Below are positions 19,642 through 28,170 of a stretch of 64,000 nucleotides of DNA, piece by piece; position 1 is the first letter of the stretch, and every line of letters starts with the position of its first letter. The position numbers were made by a program, and so were the translations under genes. Source of the DNA: Candidatus Latescibacterota bacterium (lineage in GTDB: Bacteria; Latescibacterota; UBA2968; UBA8231); assembly GCA_965203175.1 (NCBI GenBank), contig OZ241867.1, positions 2,912,001-2,976,000 on the forward strand, in the 5' to 3' direction. Under the pieces are notes generated by a model that worked only from the letters and a program-made list of their open reading frames with translations, searched no databases and was not told where the DNA came from.

Positions 19642-20946
19642 TTGCCATTCGACACTGACGAACGACTGAAGAGCTGTCTGGACACCAATCAGCTAGCACG
19701 GGAGCGGCTGTGCCACGCTGTACTGGCCCTAGACAAGAGATTCACCGAGGTCAATCCACGCCATCCGAGAGGAGGTCCGGATGGCGGACGAGACATCGAG
19801 GCGGTATTCAGGCAGGAGCAGCGTGTCTTTGGTGCGGTGGGCTTTGTCAACCAGGCCAACGACTCCGACGAACAGAAGAAGATCATCCGGAAGAAATTCG
19901 GGGATGATCTTAAGAGCGCTCTTGCCGCCGCTCCGAAACCTGAGGTCTTCGTCTTCCTGACCAACGTCAACCTCACCATCGGCGAAAAAGACGAGCTTGT
20001 CAGCAAGGCGAAGGCAAAGCGCTTGGTACATGCCGAGATCCTCGATAGAGAACGGATCCGGATTGCCCTCGACAGTCCAGATGGATTCGCTGCGAGATTC
20101 CAATATCTCGGCATTTCGATGTCTGAGGCGGAACAAGCTAGCTTTTTCTCGAGGTGGGGCGACGACATCCAGTCCCTAGTCACCACGGGCTTCCAGCGCC
20201 TTGAAGGCACGCTCGAACGGCTCCTCTTCCTTCAAGAGGCGACAGATGTCGTGCCAACTCTTGTTGTTGTACTCGAACTGAGGGAATCGTACTCCGCCGA
20301 ACAGATCGGACACTTCAGGGCGTTCTGTTCACTCTATCTCAAAGAGGTCCGACACGGAATCGTGTCAATTCTCTTCGGCTCTACTGACAAGCAGGATCGC
20401 CTAAGGACCGTCATTTCCTCCACTGAGAAGGGGGGAATTAAGTACGGCATCAGTGGAGGCCAGTGGGAGCAACGCATCGATCTTGCCAGACGAGACCTTG
20501 GGGAACAAGGGATGAAGCAAGAGGACGAGGACGGATCCGAACCGATTCTCACTGGCTCCTCGTCGGGAATCGGTGTCGATCCTGTGCCAAGAATTGCTAT
20601 ACAATACAACAACGATAACTTCATCAGGTTCGAACCACGCCTCTCACTGAGAGACTTCGATAAGGCGATGTTCCTTCCGATTCTCAATGAGTCGCTTGCG
20701 GAGAAGGTCAGGGGCGTCCATCTCTTCGGTGGGGGCTACAAGATCATGCAAGTGATGGAGGACGACCTCGGTATCGACAGATCGCCCTTTGAGCTGGATA
20801 TCCCAGTGGAGTTCACGTCGTCGGAGCTGGCTGATCCGTGGGTCCGGATTCGACCGAAAAGGGTGTCTGCCTTCAGGATCTCGTTCTTCGAACAGACGCC
20901 TATGCGAATGTCCAATCCTCGCAAGACTGAACACGAGGATTGGTAA
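19642..20946 (+). CDS. Protein with an N-terminal restriction-endonuclease-like (Mrr/PD-(D/E)XK) domain and an unknown C-terminal domain
   Basis: ERLC...PRGGPDGGRDIEA...KFGDDL...VFLTN...EILDRERI pattern; TTG start. Confidence 0.65.
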   Translation: MPFDTDERLKSCLDTNQLARERLCHAVLALDKRFTEVNPRHPRGGPDGGRDIEAVFRQEQRVFGAVGFVNQANDSDEQKKIIRKKFGDDLKSALAAAPKPEVFVFLTNVNLTIGEKDELVSKAKAKRLVHAEILDRERIRIALDSPDGFAARFQYLGISMSEAEQASFFSRWGDDIQSLVTTGFQRLEGTLERLLFLQEATDVVPTLVVVLELRESYSAEQIGHFRAFCSLYLKEVRHGIVSILFGSTDKQDRLRTVISSTEKGGIKYGISGGQWEQRIDLARRDLGEQGMKQEDEDGSEPILTGSSSGIGVDPVPRIAIQYNNDNFIRFEPRLSLRDFDKAMFLPILNESLAEKVRGVHLFGGGYKIMQVMEDDLGIDRSPFELDIPVEFTSSELADPWVRIRPKRVSAFRISFFEQTPMRMSNPRKTEHEDW

Positions 20947-21070
20947 GTCCTTGAGAATGCATAATATGAAAATGGATCAAACGAATTTAAACTGTGGTTC
21001 AGCGGCGTCCCAATGGAGGTTCATCGGGCTAGATTGGTGAAACTGACCGACGGTGTAGCCACCTTATGAC

Positions 21071-21301
21071 TTAGTGCAGAGCATCGTCTAGTGTTGCTTC
21101 AACCGGGGGTGGGAATTCGATTTTGTAAAAGCGGTCGGCATCAAATACGTAATCTTCGCCACTTTCATCTACCATGCGAATGTACCCGTGAGCAGCGGAC
21201 TCCTGATCGGGAATTACGCGATACACTTTTCCGACTTCGAGCGAAGCCTCATAACCTTCGTTGTTGAGACAAATCGCGAATTGTGACGTTCTTTTTTTCA
21301 C
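21071..21301 (-). CDS. Small conserved hypothetical protein of a kind often found in TA-like loci
   Basis: FAICLNNEGYEASLEVGKVY...RMVDESGEDY; GTG at 21301. Confidence 0.65.
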   Translation of the reverse strand: MKKRTSQFAICLNNEGYEASLEVGKVYRVIPDQESAAHGYIRMVDESGEDYVFDADRFYKIEFPPPVEATLDDALH

Positions 21302-21326
21302 TGTAAAGCGTGGTTTCTCGCACTTC

Positions 21327-22133
21327 TTAGATCGTCGTCGCCAAAAACCCCCCATCAACACGGATGTCCGTGCCGGTGACAAAGCCGCTGGCCGCGTCCG
21401 ACGCGAGGAACACCGCTGCGCCGACCAGTTCCTCGGGGCGGCCAAAGCGGTCCATGGGCGTGTGGGAGAGGATTTGTTGGCCGCGTTCGGTTGGGGTGCC
21501 GTCGTCTTCAAAGAGCAAGCGGCGGTTTTGCTCGGCGGGGAAGAAGCCCGGGGTGATAGAGTTGACCCGCACGCCTTTGTCGGCCCATTCCCGCGCGAGG
21601 AATTGCGTTAGGTTCAATACAGCCGCTTTGGCCGCTGAGTACGCCACCACCCGCGAAACCGGCAGATGGGCGGCGATCGAGGCGATGTTGATGATGCTGC
21701 CCCGGCCCCGTGCGGCCATGGCCGAGCCGAATTCTTGGCAGGGCAACAGCGCGCCAGCCCCCAAGTTCAAGTCGAAACAACGCTGCCAATCGTCGGTTGC
21801 TATCGCGGCAAAGTCTAGGTCGTCGTTTAGGGTCACCTGTGGCTGATTGCCGCCGGCTGCGTTGAGTAGCACGTTGACGGGCCCCAACGCTGCGACGACC
21901 GCTTCGTGGGCGGCCTTGAGCGACGCTTTGTCTGTGGCGTCGCAAGCGGCAAAAACGCCCGTGCCTCCTGCGGCCTCTATCGCTGCTACTCGCTTATTTC
22001 CCCGGTCATGGTCTCGCCCCAACACTGCTACGGAGGCTCCGGCCTCGGCCAATCCCTGGGCCATTGCCCCGCCCAATACGCCAGTGCCACCGATGACTAC
22101 TGCTACTTCGCCCTGCAAATTCCATTGACTCAT
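21327..22133 (-). CDS. SDR-family oxidoreductase (D-mannonate oxidoreductase/gluconate dehydrogenase-like)
   Basis: GGTGVLG, NAAGGN, YSAAK, PGFFPAEQNR, DGGF. Confidence 0.88.
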   Translation of the reverse strand: MSQWNLQGEVAVVIGGTGVLGGAMAQGLAEAGASVAVLGRDHDRGNKRVAAIEAAGGTGVFAACDATDKASLKAAHEAVVAALGPVNVLLNAAGGNQPQVTLNDDLDFAAIATDDWQRCFDLNLGAGALLPCQEFGSAMAARGRGSIINIASIAAHLPVSRVVAYSAAKAAVLNLTQFLAREWADKGVRVNSITPGFFPAEQNRRLLFEDDGTPTERGQQILSHTPMDRFGRPEELVGAAVFLASDAASGFVTGTDIRVDGGFLATTI

Positions 22134-22134
22134 T

Positions 22135-22842
22135 TCAATACCCCAGTGCTTTAGATAAAAGTCCAATAGTGCCGCCGAACACATTGCCCCAGACGATTAG
22201 CCAGCCCAAGTGCTCGCGGATTACTTCCTCCATCATCTCCTTGACCCGGTCGGGGGTCAGCTCCTCTAACTTGGTTTCCAGCAGGCCGTCAACCTGCTGT
22301 CGCATTGAGCTGACGTCAATACCCGCTTCGTCGGCCAAAAGCGGCGCAATCTCGCTCCCGAACCCAATCACGAACTGCTTGACCAGCGGCTTGACCGTCT
22401 GCGTCCCCACCAACTGGAGCATCATCCCCTGCGGCGATTCCGCCAACTCTTCGAGCTTGCGGTCGATGATCGCGTCAACCTCGTCGGACGCCAGCACCGT
22501 CTGTACCTTTTCTCCCACATCGTCTCCGGCCATCCGCTCGGCGAAGAATCGCTCTAGATACTCCTCGTCGAAGAAGTAGCGCATGATGGCGTCTTTGACC
22601 GCTTCCCGGATGGCGCGGAAGCGCGCTGGAATTACCCCCGATCCGTACAGCAGGGGCACGCGGTCGAAGAGCATTTTTACTGCTAACCAGTTGGTCGCAC
22701 CGCCGGCAAAGCCAAACAATCCGACCGCCAGCACCCACTCGCTGCCATCGATCCCTTCAACGCGCCCCCATAGACCTGCTAGCAATAGGACGAGTGAAAT
22801 CAGGTTGCTGACGTTGCCCTTTTCCCACCGCGCTTTCTTCAT
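22135..22842 (-). CDS. DUF445-family membrane protein
   Basis: GGATNWLAVKMLF...GVIP; C-terminal HLGWLIVWGNVFGGTIG. Confidence 0.85.
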   Translation of the reverse strand: MKKARWEKGNVSNLISLVLLLAGLWGRVEGIDGSEWVLAVGLFGFAGGATNWLAVKMLFDRVPLLYGSGVIPARFRAIREAVKDAIMRYFFDEEYLERFFAERMAGDDVGEKVQTVLASDEVDAIIDRKLEELAESPQGMMLQLVGTQTVKPLVKQFVIGFGSEIAPLLADEAGIDVSSMRQQVDGLLETKLEELTPDRVKEMMEEVIREHLGWLIVWGNVFGGTIGLLSKALGY

Positions 22843-22848
22843 AGGGTC

Positions 22849-23943
22849 TTATCGGGCTGTCTTCGTCTTCTGCTTGTCCTCGTGCCGCTCGATTCCCAAC
22901 TGGACCAACCGGTCGATCAAATCACCGTAACTCAGGCCGCTCGCCTCCCACAACTTGGGATACATGCTGATGGGCGTAAACCCCGGCATGGTGTTGATCT
23001 CGTTGATGAAAATCGCCTCGTCGCTTTCGCGCACGAAAAAGTCCACTCGCGCTAAACCCCAGGCTTCGACCGCCTGAAAGGCCCGGATGCCCAGCTCGCG
23101 CACGGCCTCTTGGGTGGCCGGCGAGATGCGCGCTGGAATGATCAGGTCGGAGTTGTCGTCAATGTATTTGGCGTTATAGTCGTAAAAGTCATTGCCCGGC
23201 ACGATCTCGCCGGTGATGGACGCTTCTGGCGACTCGTTGCCCAAAATCGCCACTTCGACTTCGCGGCAGCCGCTCGCTTCGGCCTCGACAACGACTTTGT
23301 AGTCGTATTGCGCTGCTTCGTCGATGGCCTGTTCCAGTTCGGCACCATCGCGGGCTTTGCTCACCCCGACGCTCGAACCGAGGTTCACCGGCTTGACGAA
23401 GACGGGGTAGGCCAGCGCTGCTTCGACCTCGGTCCGCACTCCGGCGCGGTCCTTTTCCCAACGGCTGCGTCGGACTATCTGGTAGTCCACCTGCGGCAAT
23501 CCCTCGGCCTTGAAGACCCGCTTCATCAGCTCCTTGTCCATGCCCACGGCTGAGCCGACGACGCCGGCCCCCACATAGGCTACATTGGCGAGTTCCATCA
23601 GGCCCTGCACAGTGCCGTCCTCGCCGTAGGGGCCGTGCAGGAGAGGGAAGATTACGTCGAGGGCTTGGTCCTGCACATCGCCTCGCTGCGCCACGAGCGA
23701 GCGCGTCCCCAGATAGTCCAGCGCCACCGGCGTTAGCCCGTCCTCGTGGACTTGACTAGACGCTAGAAGCTGCTGCGTGTCCGCGGCGGACAGCCAGCGC
23801 CCTTCCTTGGAGATGCCGATCATCACCAGTTCGTACTTGTCCTTGTCGATGGCTTCCAACATCGAGCGCGCTGAAATCACCGAGACCTCGTGCTCGGCCG
23901 AGCGCCCGCCGCAGAGCACACCGAGGCGTATCTTGCGACCCAT
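22849..23943 (-). CDS. ddl: D-alanine--D-alanine ligase
   Basis: GGRSAEHEVS, LHGPYGEDG, GSSVG, YDYNAKY, NEINTMPGFT. Confidence 0.96.
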   Translation of the reverse strand: MGRKIRLGVLCGGRSAEHEVSVISARSMLEAIDKDKYELVMIGISKEGRWLSAADTQQLLASSQVHEDGLTPVALDYLGTRSLVAQRGDVQDQALDVIFPLLHGPYGEDGTVQGLMELANVAYVGAGVVGSAVGMDKELMKRVFKAEGLPQVDYQIVRRSRWEKDRAGVRTEVEAALAYPVFVKPVNLGSSVGVSKARDGAELEQAIDEAAQYDYKVVVEAEASGCREVEVAILGNESPEASITGEIVPGNDFYDYNAKYIDDNSDLIIPARISPATQEAVRELGIRAFQAVEAWGLARVDFFVRESDEAIFINEINTMPGFTPISMYPKLWEASGLSYGDLIDRLVQLGIERHEDKQKTKTAR

Positions 23944-24111
23944 GTATTGCTGTTCCTTCGATTAAGTTGCGAGTAAAGTTGCCCCTTCTACCAATATAGA
24001 AGGGATGCCAAAAACTGTCGAGGAACGGCAACTTGCCCCTGCTGCGCGAATTGCGTATTTCTTCCCGCGTTCTCGTGCGCTGACTCTACTACACTCAAGG
24101 AGCGAACCGCT

Positions 24112-24924
24112 GTGAAATACCGCTACGCTGAAATGATTTGGAACGAGACCCGGGACGCCGCAGCCGCGGGCCGCGTGGCCGTGCTGCCCGTCGCTACCCA
24201 CGAAGACCACGGCCCGCATCTGCCGGTGGATACGGATGTGGTGCTGTGCCACGGCATCTGCGAGCGCGCCGTGGCTCGCATCCCAGAAGAAGCCGTGCTC
24301 GCCCCGCCTGTCACCCACGGCTACAGCCCGCACCACATGGATTTCCACGGCACCCTGACTATTACGTGGGACACCTTTATCCGCTACGTCAAGGACGTGT
24401 GTTGCAGCTTGGCCCACCACGGTTTTAAGCGCATCCTCATCGTCAATGGCCACGGCTCCAATACCTCGCCGCTCGACCTAGCAGCCCGTCTCACCGTCCT
24501 CGAATACGAGGGCCAGATCCTCTGCGCCTCGGTCAATCACTGGGATATACGCCGCGCCAAGACCGTGGGCAACGAACTGCGCGACTCAGACTACGGCGGT
24601 ACCTCGCACGCCGGCGAATACGAGACCTCGCTTTACTTGGCGCTCAAGCCGGAACTCGTCGAAATGGACAAGGCTGTTGACGAGCGTTCGCCGCTGTCGC
24701 CCAGCTTCCGCACCGACCTGTTGGCTGGCACGCACCCCGAGGGATCGGGTGCGCGACTGATACCGTACTGGAGCCAGCAGACGGGTAGCGGGGTTATGGG
24801 GGATGCGACTAAAGCTACCAAGGAAAAGGGTGAGAAATTTTTAGCAGCGGCGACCGAGGGGCTTGTAGAGCTAGTCCGCGAGTTGAAGAATCAGCCGATT
24901 CTGCCGCGCCGCGATCAGCATTGA
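24112..24924 (+). CDS. Creatininase-family amidohydrolase
   Basis: EDHGPHLPVDTD, NGHGSN, HAGEYETS. Confidence 0.9.
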   Translation: MKYRYAEMIWNETRDAAAAGRVAVLPVATHEDHGPHLPVDTDVVLCHGICERAVARIPEEAVLAPPVTHGYSPHHMDFHGTLTITWDTFIRYVKDVCCSLAHHGFKRILIVNGHGSNTSPLDLAARLTVLEYEGQILCASVNHWDIRRAKTVGNELRDSDYGGTSHAGEYETSLYLALKPELVEMDKAVDERSPLSPSFRTDLLAGTHPEGSGARLIPYWSQQTGSGVMGDATKATKEKGEKFLAAATEGLVELVRELKNQPILPRRDQH

Positions 24925-24964
24925 CGCGACGCGCACATTTGGAACTACTGTGAATAAGGAGGAT

Positions 24965-25335
24965 TGTCATGGACCGTTGGAATTTTGAGTGGTGGCATGT
25001 CCTTGTGCTGTACGCAGCGATGATCGTTACCAATGCCGTGATGGCCATTATTGAGAAAGAGATCGGCACAATAGGTGCCTATCTGACCATACTCGCGCTC
25101 TTTGTCGTATCTGCGAATCTGTTTTACTATGTGCGAAAGAAGAAAGCGACGACACAAGAAGGAAGTGTCATGGACCGTTGGAACTTTGAGTGGCGACATA
25201 TTCTTGTATTGTACGCAGCGATGATCGTTACCAATGCTGTGATGGCCATTATTGAGAAAGAGATCGGCACAATAGGTGCCTATCTGACCATACTCGCTAT
25301 GTTCCTCGTAGCGAATCTGCTTTACCATACGCGAC
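24965..25335. repeat. Direct repeat of ~170 bp, period 201 bp
   Basis: 25009-25096 and 25210-25297 differ at one position. Confidence 0.9.
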
Positions 25336-25361
25336 GTAAAAACGCGACTGACGCAAGTTGA
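24969..25361 (+). CDS. Small membrane protein made of two tandem copies of a 2-TM unit
   Basis: MDRWNFEW... occurs at 24969 and 25170; RBS AAGGAGG; lower GC. Confidence 0.65.
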   Translation: MDRWNFEWWHVLVLYAAMIVTNAVMAIIEKEIGTIGAYLTILALFVVSANLFYYVRKKKATTQEGSVMDRWNFEWRHILVLYAAMIVTNAVMAIIEKEIGTIGAYLTILAMFLVANLLYHTRRKNATDAS

Positions 25362-25391
25362 CGTTTTCCATTACCCAATCAGGAGCCTGTA

Positions 25392-26120
25392 ATGACCGAA
25401 CAAGAAATGCTCGCCGAGCTGAAGAATTTCGACACGCCTTCCATTACCAATGTCGTCGCCACCTATCCGGGCGACCCCTTGTGCTTGGGGCTGTACAATC
25501 CCTGGAGCGAAAACTGGTACACCGATCAGTCGCTGCGCTGCATGTATCCCGAGCTTGGCCCCACGGTCGGCTACGCGGTCACCTGCACTTACGGCCTGCC
25601 CGACCCCAGTTACAACGGCGTTAGCTTCATGGACGTTCTCGATGCCCTCGACGCCTCGCCCAAGCCAACGATCTTGGTCTTCCAGCAGAAGTTTCCGCCT
25701 GAAATCCAGGGCAAGGTCGGCTTAGCTGGTGGCAATATGACTACTGCCATGCAGGCCATTGGCTGCGTCGGCGCGATTTCCAACGGCCCCTCGCGCGACA
25801 TCGACGAGATCCGCCCGATGAAGTTCCAGTACTTGCTCAGTGGCGTCACCGCTGGTCACGGTGCCCAGGCCATTCACGCAGTCAATGTGCCGGTCTCGGT
25901 GGCTGGCATGGACGTGGCCCCTGGCGAGATCATCCACATGGACGAAAACGGCGCGGTGAAATTCCCCGCCGACAAGCTCAGCGCGGTGCTGGAAAACGTC
26001 CGCGCCCTGCAAAAACACGAGGCCGAGCGCATGGCCCAGATGCGCCAAGCCACGTCCGCGGCCGAACTGCGGGCCATTTTCGGTGGGCACTCGTACGGCG
26101 ACGAGGAAGAGGAATCGTGA
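25392..26120 (+). CDS. RraA/HMG-aldolase family protein
   Basis: VGYAVT, GGNM, GPSRDIDEI, PGEIIHMDENG. Confidence 0.85.
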   Translation: MTEQEMLAELKNFDTPSITNVVATYPGDPLCLGLYNPWSENWYTDQSLRCMYPELGPTVGYAVTCTYGLPDPSYNGVSFMDVLDALDASPKPTILVFQQKFPPEIQGKVGLAGGNMTTAMQAIGCVGAISNGPSRDIDEIRPMKFQYLLSGVTAGHGAQAIHAVNVPVSVAGMDVAPGEIIHMDENGAVKFPADKLSAVLENVRALQKHEAERMAQMRQATSAAELRAIFGGHSYGDEEEES

Positions 26121-26132
26121 GTCGAGGTAAGA

Positions 26133-27164
26133 ATGAGTGAAGCCCGCCACAAAATCGCCTTCGCCGGTTTCCGCCACGGCCACATCTTCGACCTCTACGC
26201 ACTAGCTTGCGACTCGTCCACGCTCGAAGTGGTAGCTGCGTGCGAGGAGCACGCGGAGACGCGCGCTGAAATCTGCGCAAAGGGCACTGCCGCAATCACC
26301 CACGACCGGACCGAGCAGATGCTCGATGAGGTGGACTGCGATATCGTCGCCACTGGCACCTATTTTGCCGGTCGCGGCCCGGTGCTGATCGAAGCGCTCA
26401 CGCGCGGCAAGCACGTCATCAGCGACAAACCCCTGTGTACCAAGATGGCCGATCTCGACCGCATTGAGGCGCTGGCGCGCGAGAAAAACCTCAAGGTCGG
26501 CTGCATGTTGACTATGCGCGATGCCGCTGCGTTTATCGGCGCGCGCAACCTGATTCAAGCCGGCCGCATTGGCGAAGTCCACGCCATCGCCTTCGGCGGC
26601 CAACACCCGCTGCTCTTGGGCTCGCGGCCCGGCTGGTATTTTGAACAGGGCAAGCACGGCGGCACCATCACCGATATTGGCATCCACGCCATCGACGCTT
26701 TGCCTTGGGTCACAGGCCGCCAGTGGGCGAAAATCAACGCCGCGCGCTGCTGGCGGGCCTTTGTTCCTCAAGACCTTCACATGCAGGATGCCGGGCAGAT
26801 GATGCTGGAGATGGACAACGGCTGCGGGGTCTTGGGCGATGTGTCGTACTTTGCACCTGATAGGGCGGGATATAGGATGCCCTACTACTGGCGGACTACG
26901 TTTTGGGGGCGGGATGGAGTAATCGAGACTTCGACTACGGCCAAGGACATTCAGGTGCTCGGCAGGGAAGATGACACCGTGCAGATCGAGCCGCTACCCC
27001 CGGCTCAACGGGGCGGCTACCTGCGCTCCTTCCTCGACGACATCGCCGGCGAAGTCCCCGCCAACGGCCTCGACACCGCTGCGGTACTGCGCTCGACGCG
27101 CAACGTCATTCGCATTCAGGAGGCGGCCGACAGGGGGGAGCGTGAAGTTGGGTTCAGTAGCTGA
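26133..27164 (+). CDS. Gfo/Idh/MocA oxidoreductase
   Basis: GKHVISDKP, GGTITDIGIHAID. Confidence 0.9.
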   Translation: MSEARHKIAFAGFRHGHIFDLYALACDSSTLEVVAACEEHAETRAEICAKGTAAITHDRTEQMLDEVDCDIVATGTYFAGRGPVLIEALTRGKHVISDKPLCTKMADLDRIEALAREKNLKVGCMLTMRDAAAFIGARNLIQAGRIGEVHAIAFGGQHPLLLGSRPGWYFEQGKHGGTITDIGIHAIDALPWVTGRQWAKINAARCWRAFVPQDLHMQDAGQMMLEMDNGCGVLGDVSYFAPDRAGYRMPYYWRTTFWGRDGVIETSTTAKDIQVLGREDDTVQIEPLPPAQRGGYLRSFLDDIAGEVPANGLDTAAVLRSTRNVIRIQEAADRGEREVGFSS

Positions 27165-27205
27165 CGAGGTGGGAGCGAGGGGGTTTGTGCTCCAAGCGAT
27201 GACTG

Positions 27206-27616
27206 TCAAGGCGCGTCGAGCAACGTGTAGTCGAGTTCTGCGACGTGGCGATAGTCGCTATCGAAGGTCAACAGGCACCCACGGCACTCCATCGTCGCTG
27301 CTGCGATCCACACATCGTTCATGGGGATTGGTGTACCGGCCCGGCGCAACGCCACGAAGATTTGGGCATAGTGCCGAACGGTTTCGGAAGTGACGTCCAA
27401 TACGCTGACGAAAGGCTCATTGAGGAAGTCAGTGAGGGCATGGCGATTCTCCTGCACACGACTCCCTAACTCGAATGCCGCTTCAAGCTCTCCGAGCACT
27501 GTCACCGGCATGATGACTACCGGTGCATCCGCTACATAGTCGATCACTTGAGGATGTCCGGTACGCAGGTGCGAGTACGCGCTGGTGTCGAGGACAAGTC
27601 GGTCGGTCGAGTTCAC
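27206..27616 (-). CDS. vapC: VapC PIN-domain toxin
   Basis: VLDTS, LGEL, PIPMNDVWIAA, TFDSD. Confidence 0.9.
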   Translation of the reverse strand: MNSTDRLVLDTSAYSHLRTGHPQVIDYVADAPVVIMPVTVLGELEAAFELGSRVQENRHALTDFLNEPFVSVLDVTSETVRHYAQIFVALRRAGTPIPMNDVWIAAATMECRGCLLTFDSDYRHVAELDYTLLDAP

Positions 27617-27858
27617 TGCCAGTACCGCTCATCGACGACTCGCTGCGCACGTAGCGCATCGGTAAACTCCGAGAGGTCGTCGGCCGTCCAGGTGACGTAT
27701 CGGCGCAGACGGTCGCGACGCGCATCCAAGCCGACCGCGTCTTTCAGGAGGCGCAGCACGGTGCTGTTCAGGCTCTCACCGCGTTCCGCGCTGACAGCGC
27801 GAAGTCGCCGTGAGAGTTCGGGATCGACATTGCGAAGGGTAATCTGAGTAGCAGGCAT
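27613..27858 (-). CDS. Ribbon-helix-helix antitoxin (FitA/VapB-like)
   Basis: ITLRNVDPELSRRLRAVSAERGESLN; 4-bp overlap with vapC. Confidence 0.82.
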   Translation of the reverse strand: MPATQITLRNVDPELSRRLRAVSAERGESLNSTVLRLLKDAVGLDARRDRLRRYVTWTADDLSEFTDALRAQRVVDERYWQ

Positions 27859-27896
27859 GACATCATGAATCTACTGTCATGCCTGCACTGAGTCAA
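27851..27896 (-). promoter_or_regulatory. Second vapBC promoter with a perfect 12-bp inverted-repeat operator
   Basis: Minus strand TTGACT-N17-TAGATT; GCAGGCATGACA-N12-TGTCATGCCTGC covers the start codon and -10. Confidence 0.75.
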
Positions 27897-28170
27897 TTCC
27901 AACAGGTGGCGTGACGGAGAGATAATGCGTCAGTTTGAATTTTCTTGGATGTTTTGTCTCTTTACCAAGGGATTGAAATTTTCAACCTGACGCACTACCC
28001 TTAGACCTTAGAGGGTGCTCCCTAAAGGTCTCATGGATGGGTTGTACCCGATGCAGTCTGACCCGAACGGCCCAGGCCTCTCCACTGCACTGCCGTCGTG
28101 GCATGGATCTTGCGAATATCCGGTGCGGAGGTTTGCGCTGTTCATGCTTTAACACTGAGGAGGTCGGATC

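Noticed and set aside
22849-23943. ddl as a Van-type D-Ala-D-Lac ligase
   Set aside because: The omega loop YDYNAKY is D-Ala-D-Ala type and there are no vanH/vanX neighbours.
24965-25335. Repeat pair as a DGR template/variable repeat
   Set aside because: Mismatches are not adenine-specific and no reverse transcriptase is in the window. The same applies to the 49941/53863 pair.
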